From a virus (Duplodnaviria; Caudoviricetes), in IMG/VR virus record IMGVR_UViG_3300032328_000502, positions 1 to 24,869 of that record: a stretch of DNA of 24,869 bases, one strand, 5' to 3'. The translations under genes were made by a program, and so were the position numbers. Under the pieces are notes generated by a model, which worked only from the letters and a program-made list of their open reading frames with translations, did no database searches and had not been told where the DNA came from. Positions 15,006 through 23,005 of this stretch are shown here, piece after piece (the first letter of the stretch is position 1; every line of letters starts with the position of its first letter).

Positions 15006-15998
15006 TTACTTTACAAATGGATTTAGATCAAAGATTGATCCACTCCAGTTGCCCATTCCCTTTGTTGCATTGTTGCGCCAATCTTCAGGAAGCATTTCCA
15101 TCATTCCTAGTGCTCTTGCACGACTTATAATGTGCTGCTTAGCAGCTGCATAGTTTGATGCACGGCCTACAGATTGAATTGCATTCTGAAGATCTCCGCC
15201 ATTTGCAATTGGAAACGAACCGTCTGGCATTGCCATACCTGACTCTGCCATTGCACGACGTGCATCCGTTGAATAGTCTCTCTTATCCATGTCTTCTCCT
15301 TTATATGTACCGCCACGACGCTTGTATTCTCCAACTACCCATGCGTTTGCAACGGCAGAAGGATAAACGTCAAACTTATCTTTTGCTTCCCTAATAACTG
15401 TTTCATAAAGTCTTGGATTAGAAGGAGTTGATCCACCTCTTCTTGGCTCAATCATATCTGCGTAATTAGGCTTGGCTTTATCCATATCTTCTGCATCTTC
15501 ATATGGTGCATTAGCCATCTCAGATTTACCAATTGATGAATCATACATTGCCATAGCAACTTCGCTATCTTCTGGCTCTTGTGGAAGAGGATCAATAGCA
15601 ACCATAAGAGACATCATGCATCCTGTATATAAGTTTGTTGCTTCCCAGAATCCATTTTCTTCTTGTTCGAATAACTGAAGAAGTACCGCTGGATTTTCAG
15701 CAGATGCTTCTAAAGTGTACTCTCCACCTGAAACACCAAGCATACCTTCACGCATAACGTGTACTACCTGACCAATGTGGACCTCTTCATCAGATCCGTG
15801 CGCTGTCATGGCGAAATCGCCTTCTTTAAGATTTGGCATTACTTTACCTATGTTTCCTTCGCTAGTATTAATTGCATAAATTTGAGCAGCAGCTTGTGCT
15901 CTAGTCTTATGGCAGCCCATAACTTCGTTTGTTCCATCCTTAAGTGCGGGGAACCCAGAACAACCGTATGATCCTTCTTGTCCGATGTGATATGGCAT
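15006..15998 (-). CDS. Modular phage protein (DUF5872-like and DUF6582-like modules), putatively virion-internal
   Basis: YPSAVANAWVVGEYKRRGGTYK; AMPDGSFPI...DLQNAI...GRA; leaderless promoter at 16013-16005. Confidence 0.7.
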   Translation of the reverse strand: MPYHIGQEGSYGCSGFPALKDGTNEVMGCHKTRAQAAAQIYAINTSEGNIGKVMPNLKEGDFAMTAHGSDEEVHIGQVVHVMREGMLGVSGGEYTLEASAENPAVLLQLFEQEENGFWEATNLYTGCMMSLMVAIDPLPQEPEDSEVAMAMYDSSIGKSEMANAPYEDAEDMDKAKPNYADMIEPRRGGSTPSNPRLYETVIREAKDKFDVYPSAVANAWVVGEYKRRGGTYKGEDMDKRDYSTDARRAMAESGMAMPDGSFPIANGGDLQNAIQSVGRASNYAAAKQHIISRARALGMMEMLPEDWRNNATKGMGNWSGSIFDLNPFVK

Positions 15999-16010
15999 AA
16001 CTTCATTATA

Positions 16011-16358
16011 TCAGACTTCTGGAGTTTTAAGGAGACGCTTTATCTCCTCTAAAGACCATAGTTCTTGGGTTGTTAGTTTACTTAATTCTTCTTTATCTAC
16101 TGCTTTTTCTGCTAATCTTACCGCTGGGTTTTCTTCAAGGAAATCAATATCTAAATACCCCTTTTCCCAAAGGGTCATAATCTCAGAATTAACAAAATTA
16201 AGATGATCTTCATATAAGTCTGGCATAACATCTTTTATTTTATTAGTAAAAGCATAAAGAAATTCACCATTTGAATCATCAATACCAACTACCTCTAGTG
16301 CATTTTCTAGTAAAAGTTGATCAATTATTTTTTGCTCTTCTGAATCTGGATTATTCAT
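16011..16358 (-). CDS. Acidic hypothetical protein
   Basis: 115-aa ORF in the operon. Confidence 0.75.
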   Translation of the reverse strand: MNNPDSEEQKIIDQLLLENALEVVGIDDSNGEFLYAFTNKIKDVMPDLYEDHLNFVNSEIMTLWEKGYLDIDFLEENPAVRLAEKAVDKEELSKLTTQELWSLEEIKRLLKTPEV

Positions 16359-16611
16359 CTTCTGCCTTTATATTTATAAAATTTTCTAGTTGGACTCTTG
16401 TTTGTGCGCCAGTAATTCTTTTTACTTCAACACCGTCTTCAATTAAAATAAAGGTTGGAACAGACTTTATATCAAATCTTTTTACTAATTCCATTTCAGA
16501 ATCCACATCTATCATCTGAAACTTAATAGCACTTTCTCTATTCATTTCTTCAACAATTGGCTTTACTTTTTTACAAGGATTACACCAATCTGCTGTAAAA
16601 TAATAAATCAT
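16351..16611 (-). CDS. trxA: Thioredoxin
   Basis: FTADWCNPCK, IDVD, IKSVPTF. Confidence 0.92.
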   Translation of the reverse strand: MIYYFTADWCNPCKKVKPIVEEMNRESAIKFQMIDVDSEMELVKRFDIKSVPTFILIEDGVEVKRITGAQTRVQLENFINIKAEDE

Positions 16612-16865
16612 TAGTAGTCTTTACCCTTTGCTTTATTTTCAATTAGTTTATCTCTTTCATCAACAATAGTAAGTGAAAACGCCATCATTTTCTTATACCC
16701 TTCGGCATTGTCCATGATTTTGTTATAATGATGACCACAAAACATTAGGTCGCCAGTTAAACCAGTAACCTTCACTAGTGCTTCTGCTGCACATGAGTCA
16801 CAGCGATCTGTTGGTTTTAAAACCCAATCTTTTTCCACAATCTCTTCTGTAATCATTGTACTCAT
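16611..16865 (-). CDS. Small actinobacterial-type zinc-binding protein
   Basis: DRCDSCAAEA...LMFCGHH. Confidence 0.75.
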   Translation of the reverse strand: MSTMITEEIVEKDWVLKPTDRCDSCAAEALVKVTGLTGDLMFCGHHYNKIMDNAEGYKKMMAFSLTIVDERDKLIENKAKGKDY

Positions 16866-16876
16866 AGTATATACCT

Positions 16877-17053
16877 TTACTTTTTGTTGTCTGTTGAATA
16901 GAAACCTGAACCATTAAAAATTACACCAACAGAACCAGTCCATTGTCTTTGCATTATCTCATTACAGCACGATGGCTCTCTGTCTTCACCGAATCCTCTT
17001 TCAAATTCAATAGACATTGAGCACACCGTGCACTTGTAATCGTACTTTGGCAC
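16877..17053 (-). CDS. FmdB-family zinc-ribbon protein (not in ORF track)
   Basis: MPKYDYKCTVC...PSCC...FNGSGFYSTD. Confidence 0.85.
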   Translation of the reverse strand: MPKYDYKCTVCSMSIEFERGFGEDREPSCCNEIMQRQWTGSVGVIFNGSGFYSTDNKK

Positions 17054-17196
17054 TAATTAGAACCTTTTGCCTTCTGGCCACGATATCCAGTCTTCTTTTT
17101 ATTCATAGATCCTGGAGTTTTATAGCCAGCACCCCCAGGTGTTGCTGCAATTCTTTGCTCTAGTGCTTTTTTTACTTTATCTAAATGCTTTCCCAT
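17053..17196 (-). CDS. 47-aa basic microprotein (not in ORF track)
   Basis: MGKHLDKVKKALEQRIAATPGGAGYKTPGSMNKKKTGYRGQKAKGSN; abuts the endolysin stop, TAGTG coupling downstream. Confidence 0.65.
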   Translation of the reverse strand: MGKHLDKVKKALEQRIAATPGGAGYKTPGSMNKKKTGYRGQKAKGSN

Positions 17197-17838
17197 TTAC
17201 TTTACCTGATTGCCTTTACCGCCACCAGATGACTTCTTTGCAACAGGCTTTGCAGCCTTCTTAGCAGCATCTGGAGATGTAGCCTTAGCAGGTGTTGCTG
17301 TTAACTTGTTTAGTAGTGGAGCATTCTCTTCACCAGCATAAACTGGACGACCCCAACCAACTACAGCATTGACTAACTTCTTCTTGTTATTCTTTACATA
17401 ACCACGAGTCTTCTCAACGCACATTCCGCCATTGCGCTGGTCTCCCTTTGCAGTTCCTGAAGTGTTTCCTTCAATAACTTGAATTGTTCCATCTCCGTTG
17501 TTCTTAATACAAATACCAACATGTGAAATACGATTTACACCATCTTCTGGGAAATCAAAATAAATCCAGTCTCCTGGCATTGGGTCATCATTACGTGCAT
17601 CTGACCAACGGCCTTCCTTCTTAAACTGATCTGATGCTGCTACTGTTGAAGCAGACTTTGGAAACTTTGCTACACCCGCTGTGTGGGCACACCATGAAAC
17701 GAATGACTGGCACCATGGTTGGAAATTTACCTTTATCCATGCACCGTACTTTGTTTCATTATCCTTGGGACCTTCAATGGTTCCCAACTCTTTCTTTGCA
17801 ACCTCAATGATTGCTTCTAAACTTCCTTTTACTGACAT
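17197..17838 (-). CDS. CHAP-domain endolysin
   Basis: PWCQSFVSW (catalytic Cys), SHVGI (His), IEGNT; AGGAGG SD; TGCTATAAT promoter at 17875-17867. Confidence 0.88.
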   Translation of the reverse strand: MSVKGSLEAIIEVAKKELGTIEGPKDNETKYGAWIKVNFQPWCQSFVSWCAHTAGVAKFPKSASTVAASDQFKKEGRWSDARNDDPMPGDWIYFDFPEDGVNRISHVGICIKNNGDGTIQVIEGNTSGTAKGDQRNGGMCVEKTRGYVKNNKKKLVNAVVGWGRPVYAGEENAPLLNKLTATPAKATSPDAAKKAAKPVAKKSSGGGKGNQVK

Positions 17839-17875
17839 ACTTTCCTCCTGTAATGTAAGATATTCTATTATAGCA

Positions 17876-18151
17876 TTACGAAGCTTTGTTTGTCAATCTG
17901 TCATAAGTTCTTATTCTATGACAGTTAGCACAGACTACTTCGCATTTTGCTATTTCTTTTTTAATTGCTGCCCAAGAAAATCCATCGTGAATCATCCTAG
18001 AAACATTATATTTTTTATCTTTTAAATGATCAAAATCTAAAACTATTGGATTTGTAACTCCACAATCTTTGCAACCAGATGCTTGTTTTATCTCTGACAG
18101 TCTTTTTTTAAACTGCTGCTTATTGTAATGTACCAACTCTTTGTCAGTCAT
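17876..18151 (-). CDS. Small HNH endonuclease
   Basis: CKDCG...LDFDH...CEVVCANCHRIRT; TGATATAAT promoter at 18168-18160. Confidence 0.85.
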   Translation of the reverse strand: MTDKELVHYNKQQFKKRLSEIKQASGCKDCGVTNPIVLDFDHLKDKKYNVSRMIHDGFSWAAIKKEIAKCEVVCANCHRIRTYDRLTNKAS

Positions 18152-18179
18152 AGAATTTAATTATATCAAATAATATTAA

Positions 18180-18264
18180 GCCCCACACAGGCAATTCACC
18201 TGACTTGCGCCACGGTCTCTATCCAATGGGTAACTAATCCATCACTAAGGTCCTGTGTGGGGAC
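18180..18264 (-). ncRNA. Candidate ~85-nt structured RNA (three-way junction)
   Basis: 11-bp closing stem CCCCACACAGG/CCUGUGUGGGG; internal hairpins UGAUGG/CCAUUG and ACC.UGGC-GCAA-GUCA.GGU; TACAAT 6 nt upstream. Confidence 0.6.
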
Positions 18265-18276
18265 ATTCATATTGTA

Positions 18277-18726
18277 CTACTTGATTTTGATTGTTTTAGG
18301 CTTCTTATCTTCTGGAACAATACGATCAATACTAATATTGAGCCTACCGTCCTTAAGTTCTGCCCCAGTTACTTCCATGTACTCACCAAGAGCAAATGAT
18401 CGTACAAACTTACGACCTGCGATTCCCTTGTGAACAACTTCAGCATCTGCTACTTCAACAATCTCACCCTTGATAATTAATGTTCCATCATCTACTGAAA
18501 TATTAATATCTTCTTTTGTAAATCCAGCAATAGCTAGAGACAGTCTATATGTATCTTCATCTAGTTTAAGAAGATCATATGGAGGATACGATTGTGAATT
18601 TGTTTTATGTGCACTATTAAGACGTGCTATTTCTTTGTTGAAGCCAATAAAAAATGGATCATTTAACATTGAATTCCATGCAGAGTTAAACGTATATGAT
18701 CCATTAGGTGTATATCTTGTTACCAT
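18277..18726 (-). CDS. Small heat-shock protein (Hsp20/IbpA-like)
   Basis: YPPYDL, LAIAGF, HKGIAGRKFVRSFAL, AELKDGRLNI, PKTIKIK. Confidence 0.93.
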   Translation of the reverse strand: MVTRYTPNGSYTFNSAWNSMLNDPFFIGFNKEIARLNSAHKTNSQSYPPYDLLKLDEDTYRLSLAIAGFTKEDINISVDDGTLIIKGEIVEVADAEVVHKGIAGRKFVRSFALGEYMEVTGAELKDGRLNISIDRIVPEDKKPKTIKIK

Positions 18727-18792
18727 TTTATTCCCCTTTCAAGCGAATAAGTTAATGTACCCCCATCAGGCAGGTACAAATCTATTATATCA
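18724..18792 (-). promoter_or_regulatory. hsp20 promoter and ROSE-like RNA thermometer 5' UTR
   Basis: TGATATAAT at 18792-18784; hairpin UUAUUCGCUU-GAA-AGGGGAAUAA hides the SD and contains UCGCU. Confidence 0.65.
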
Positions 18793-18796
18793 AACT

Positions 18797-18976
18797 TTAC
18801 TCTTTAATTTTAAAAACTACTTGGCAAGGATCTCCACCCTCGTCCCACTCTAGCATTTCTTCTTCTGTCATGTATGGATCACCATCGTGTGTATTACAAA
18901 ATGGCTCAGTGATCCAGCCTCTATCAATACCGTTGTTTAACCAAATATCAAACTCATTATAATCTTCTTCTAACAT
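18797..18976 (-). CDS. 59-aa acidic protein, leaderless (not in ORF track)
   Basis: MLEEDYNEFDIWLNNGIDRGWITEPFCNTHDGDPYMTEEE...GGDPC; TATAAT 6 nt upstream. Confidence 0.75.
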   Translation of the reverse strand: MLEEDYNEFDIWLNNGIDRGWITEPFCNTHDGDPYMTEEEMLEWDEGGDPCQVVFKIKE

Positions 18977-18991
18977 AGTAATATTATACCC

Positions 18992-19510
18992 CTAACCTTG
19001 AACAAAGTCAATTGGACCAATACATGATGAGCTAAATTCAATAGCACATCCTAAAGCAAGAGCAAGCCTACGCTTTGGATCTTTATGATTTTGGGTAGCA
19101 TGAAGAGACCCAATAGCGTAGTCTGCCCCTGATCCTATGGCAACATAATCTCTGTCATAGGAAATCATAGTAAACCCTTCTGCTTCATGTTCATAGAGTT
19201 TACCTTTTATACCAATAAGAAGGGATATTTCACTATCTTTACCGCCAATATCCCATTCGTTATAAAATTCTTTAAGTGATTTTAAAAACTTTCCATGCAT
19301 AAACTTATCTACATTACCCTCTGGAATTGGTGGAATAAAATTATATTGAATAATTTGTGCATCAAATGTACCAGCATACCCAAAAACATAAGGACCAGAT
19401 TTCCATATTTTTGGTTTGTCAATTGAAACAATATAGCTGCCTTCAGAGGCACCACGTTCACCAGCAAGGTGAACCTTGCCATCTTTCATTATTCCTGCAA
19501 TACAAGTCAT
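18992..19510 (-). CDS. Ntn-hydrolase, HslV/proteasome-beta-like peptidase
   Basis: N-terminal Thr (MTCIAG), K..K, GYAG, AIGSGADYAIGSL. Confidence 0.8.
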   Translation of the reverse strand: MTCIAGIMKDGKVHLAGERGASEGSYIVSIDKPKIWKSGPYVFGYAGTFDAQIIQYNFIPPIPEGNVDKFMHGKFLKSLKEFYNEWDIGGKDSEISLLIGIKGKLYEHEAEGFTMISYDRDYVAIGSGADYAIGSLHATQNHKDPKRRLALALGCAIEFSSSCIGPIDFVQG

Positions 19511-19537
19511 GCCTACCCCTAAGTTTACTGTATTACC

Positions 19538-19566
19538 AGTATATCAGAGGCAGGCATGGCTGTCAA
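19538..19566 (-). promoter_or_regulatory. Sigma-70-type promoter
   Basis: TTGACA (19566-19561)-N17-TATACT (19543-19538) with TG extension. Confidence 0.75.
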
Positions 19567-19576
19567 ACAGGGTATA

Positions 19577-19876
19577 TTAGGCCTTAGATGCCTTCGCTCT
19601 ACGTATTTCTACGGCAGCATCTTGTACTGTTTTTGCATTTTTATCTGTGGTAGAAAATGCTGCATTAATCTCATCTGCTGATAGCTTTCCGTCGTCCATA
19701 AATGCACGAGCTAACTTCTCAACAACAACTGCTACTGCACTGAGTCCAGCAACTGTCATAGCCTTTGCTACTGAGATTCCTGCGATTGCGCCTGCACCAA
19801 TTACTGCTAAAGCATTTGCTGCAAACACTGCAAGGATACGCATTAAAATATTCCAAATATTTTTTACACCGTTCAT
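19577..19876 (-). CDS. Membrane protein
   Basis: Two Ala/Gly-rich TM segments, DDGKLSADEINAAF. Confidence 0.75.
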   Translation of the reverse strand: MNGVKNIWNILMRILAVFAANALAVIGAGAIAGISVAKAMTVAGLSAVAVVVEKLARAFMDDGKLSADEINAAFSTTDKNAKTVQDAAVEIRRAKASKA

Positions 19877-20058
19877 TATTCTTGCTCCTTATTTCTAAAT
19901 GGACTAGTAATTATCCATATTGCTGTTGTTACCATAATTCCATATCCAACAACAGTTTTTGCACTACCGTCCAACACTACCCAGGCAATAAACATTCCAA
20001 GGAGGGTCCATGCCTGATCGATCATATCTTTTACTATATTTTTTACTATTCTTACCAT
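19876..20058 (-). CDS. Small 2-TM membrane protein
   Basis: WTLLGMFIAWVVLDGSAK; coupled to both neighbours. Confidence 0.75.
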   Translation of the reverse strand: MVRIVKNIVKDMIDQAWTLLGMFIAWVVLDGSAKTVVGYGIMVTTAIWIITSPFRNKEQE

Positions 20059-21806
20059 TTTCTTCCTCCTCTTGAAACTGGTGAATTGGCTCCTGAGCCT
20101 CCACCAGAACTTCCCCCACCAGAACCGCCGCCTGTAGCCCCTCCTGCAGCGACTGCAGCTGCATTAATTGCTGCTCCCGCAGCAACAACTGTTGCAACAA
20201 CCATCTCTGTTGCTTCTTCTCTTTCTTCTGTGGTCATATCTGCACCAATGCTTCCAAGTGCTTGTAGTGCTGCACCTGGATCTGAAAACGCTGCCTCCAG
20301 TAATGCTCCTGGATCTTGTACTAGCTCAATATTTGCAGCAACTTCAGCAGTAATAACAAGAGCATTTCCATTTTCGTCAGTACGAACCTCAATTGGCGTG
20401 GATGCTGGAAGATCAGAATATGATACTCCAGATGCTTGTACTTGTGCTGCTGAGATAGACTCTCCTGGTTTTAGGTCTGCAACTAATGATGTTACAACTG
20501 CAGCAACTTCTTCCTTTGATAATTCTTTCCCAGCCTTTGCTTCTGCAGCAATCTTTTCTAGCCTTTCTTCTTCTGCTTTTTCAGCAGCAATACGATCTGC
20601 TTCTTGCTTAGCTTTTATTTCTGCTGCCAAGCGATCAGATTCAGACTTTGCTTTTGCTTCTGCAGCTAATTTTTCTTCTTCATCTTTTTTCTTTGCTTCT
20701 TCTGCGGCAAGTCTTTCTGCTTCAATCTTAGCTAAACGCTCAGCCTCAGCTTCTGACTCCGCCTTAAGACGAGCTTCTTCTTCAGCCTTTGCCTTTAGCT
20801 CAGCAGCAATTCTCTCAGCCTCAATTTTTGCAAGTCGTTCTGCTTCCGCCTTAGCCGCTGCTTCTGCTTCAAGTTTTTGTCGTTCTATTTCTGCCAAACG
20901 TGCTGCTTCTGCAATTGCTGCTAATCTTTGTCGCTCAAGTTCTGCTAGTCTTTCTTGTTCAGCAATTGCTGCAAGTCTCGCTGCTTCTTGTTGGGCTGCT
21001 AGTAATGCTGCTGCCTCTGCTTGAAGTCTTGCTTCTTCTTTAGCCTTGGCTTCCGCTTCAGCCTTAAGTCTTTCTTCTTCCGCTAAGGCTTCTATCTCTG
21101 CTGCAATTCTTGCTGGATCATTAACATAAACTGAACTAATATTTGATATATTAGAATACACTCCTAATGTATCATTATCTGATCTTACATTAAATGAATA
21201 TACCTTATCTAAGCCATCTGTGTTTACTACTGATATTGGAATTGTAATAGATGTATTTAATGCATTTGAGTCTCCAACATTACCTGTTGCAATGCCCCAA
21301 CCATTTGACCCAGTAGACCAACTTATGGCATACCTTTCAACTGATACATTACTAACTGTTGGTGCCGACCAAGATAACAAGACTGATTGATTTACTTCAT
21401 CAATTACTGCAATAAGATTAGATGGACTATTTAAAATCAACGGCTCTGATGCTGGTATTGGCTCAATTGATAATACTACAGAAAGTTTTTTGTATGTGCC
21501 ACCGCATGGATCACCAAAAATACCGTTGGTTGCAGAAATAACTAATGATTCATTTTTAATATATGCTTGAACAATAGATGTTGAATTTGCTGCGTGACAC
21601 TTGCCAATAGTGTAATTTGCTGGAGTTCCATATGAAGCAAATGCTACACCATGAATTTTAAATCCTTCTGGAGCTGATAGCCTGAGTACTTGGCCTTCTC
21701 CAACTGTTGCTGATATCTCAGTAATTGACCCATTAGCATTATTATTAAGTGCTAATGGAAATAAAGAAAGAATTGCTACTAAAACAATACGCAAAAATAC
21801 TTTAAT
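20052..21806 (-). CDS. Exported surface protein: signal peptide, SUEL-type lectin, FN3, coiled-coil stalk, C-terminal anchor (start ATT 21806 or TTG 21794)
   Basis: FASYGTP...CHA...FGDPCGGTYKKL (SUEL lectin); PSNL...LSWSAP...YSFNVRS (FN3); A/E/K/R repeats; hydrophobic Gly-rich end. Confidence 0.8.
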   Translation of the reverse strand: MKVFLRIVLVAILSLFPLALNNNANGSITEISATVGEGQVLRLSAPEGFKIHGVAFASYGTPANYTIGKCHAANSTSIVQAYIKNESLVISATNGIFGDPCGGTYKKLSVVLSIEPIPASEPLILNSPSNLIAVIDEVNQSVLLSWSAPTVSNVSVERYAISWSTGSNGWGIATGNVGDSNALNTSITIPISVVNTDGLDKVYSFNVRSDNDTLGVYSNISNISSVYVNDPARIAAEIEALAEEERLKAEAEAKAKEEARLQAEAAALLAAQQEAARLAAIAEQERLAELERQRLAAIAEAARLAEIERQKLEAEAAAKAEAERLAKIEAERIAAELKAKAEEEARLKAESEAEAERLAKIEAERLAAEEAKKKDEEEKLAAEAKAKSESDRLAAEIKAKQEADRIAAEKAEEERLEKIAAEAKAGKELSKEEVAAVVTSLVADLKPGESISAAQVQASGVSYSDLPASTPIEVRTDENGNALVITAEVAANIELVQDPGALLEAAFSDPGAALQALGSIGADMTTEEREEATEMVVATVVAAGAAINAAAVAAGGATGGGSGGGSSGGGSGANSPVSRGGRKW

Positions 21807-21860
21807 TTTTTTCTCCTACTAGTTGTGGTGGTAACTAATAGTCTTATTATATCATTTTAT

Positions 21861-21895
21861 AAAACAAAAAAGGGAGCCAAGTTAATGACTCCCTC
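21861..21895 (-). terminator. Intrinsic terminator
   Basis: AGGGAGTCA-TTAACT-TGGCTCCCT then TTTTTGTTTT; next promoter TGATATAAT at 21854-21846. Confidence 0.8.
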
Positions 21896-21910
21896 AGTTG
21901 TTGGAATAGA

Positions 21911-22990
21911 TTACTTCTTTAGAGCAACCTTAGCTTTTGGATTCTTTGCATTCCACTTCTTTGCTAGAGCATTATACTCTGCAATGTAAGTTGCCTTTGC
22001 AAGATCTGCTGCTGCTTTTGCTGTTGCTGCTGTTGCATCATATGCTGACTTAACATCTGCAAGAGCCTTATCTGCTGCTGCCTTTGCAGTTGCTGCTGCT
22101 GACTTAGTTGCATCATGTGCAGCCTTTTCAGATGCAAGTGCTGCAGTTGCTGCTGCAAGTTCTGCCTTAAGTTGTGTAACTTGAGCATTAAGATCAGAAA
22201 CTACAAACTTAGCAATTGCTGACTTTACAGGTGCTGAAAGACCAGTTACAACAGTTGCTGCATTTGCTCCTGTTACCACCGCTGTAATTTCTCCTGCTAC
22301 TGCTGTAACAAGTGCCTCAGTCTTTGAACCAATTACTGTCACTGGAGTTACGCCTGCTGCAGAAGTTACTGCTGAAGTTGTAAATGTCTTTGTAACTGAA
22401 TTATCAGCAAAAGAAGAACCGATAAGCGTTACAGAAAGACTCTCTGATGCTACTGGATTACCAAATACATCTGTTGCAGATGCTGTAATTGTTGGAACTG
22501 TTCCAACTGCTGTTGATGCAGGCACTGAAAGTGCAACATTGTGTGCTGAACCTGCTGTTCCCTGCACATAAACGATTGTTGAGTATGCACCATTTACAAT
22601 TGTTACTGAACCAACTGTTGTTGAAGTTGTGTATGCGTAAACTGTCAAAACAGTTCCTGCTGAAGGTAAAGATAGTGAAGGAACTCCACTAGCGGTTGTA
22701 ACTGTTGCAGGTGTTGCAGTATTTAGTGCTGATACCAACTTAACTGTTGATGAAGCAGTAAAAACAACTGATGTTCCTGTGACTGCTGTTGCTGCAATAG
22801 CAACCGATGTGCCTGCTGTAATTGTATTTGCTGAAGGCACTGCTACCGTCTTTGGTGCTGCAGATGTTGTTACATTTGTTACACCATCAACTGTTACTAC
22901 AGGTGCTGATGCGTTTGATGATGTAGCCATTAGCATTGTGCCAGTCAGGGCTGCAGCGATGACTAAGCTGATCTTTTTAAATGAATTCAT
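21911..22990 (-). CDS. Secreted Ala/Thr/Val-rich surface protein with an Ig-like region and a C-terminal coiled coil
   Basis: Signal peptide MNSFKKISLVIAAA; TITASATDVFGNPV (Big-1/invasin-like); AAGGAG SD. Confidence 0.75.
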   Translation of the reverse strand: MNSFKKISLVIAAALTGTMLMATSSNASAPVVTVDGVTNVTTSAAPKTVAVPSANTITAGTSVAIAATAVTGTSVVFTASSTVKLVSALNTATPATVTTASGVPSLSLPSAGTVLTVYAYTTSTTVGSVTIVNGAYSTIVYVQGTAGSAHNVALSVPASTAVGTVPTITASATDVFGNPVASESLSVTLIGSSFADNSVTKTFTTSAVTSAAGVTPVTVIGSKTEALVTAVAGEITAVVTGANAATVVTGLSAPVKSAIAKFVVSDLNAQVTQLKAELAAATAALASEKAAHDATKSAAATAKAAADKALADVKSAYDATAATAKAAADLAKATYIAEYNALAKKWNAKNPKAKVALKK

Positions 22991-23005
22991 TTTTCTCCTT
23001 GTTTA

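Noticed and set aside
18180-18264. Simple terminator, tRNA or hammerhead ribozyme
   Set aside because: Loop of about 60 nt with internal hairpins, no U-tract, no T-loop or anticodon arm, no CUGAnGA/GAAA core
19765-21024. 419-aa + strand ORF
   Set aside because: Antisense shadow of the Ala/Glu/Lys coiled coil, whose codons give few reverse-strand stops
20520-21110. Tandem DNA repeat or CRISPR-like array
   Set aside because: Degenerate codon-level repeats of a coiled coil; no fixed repeat-spacer structure anywhere in the window
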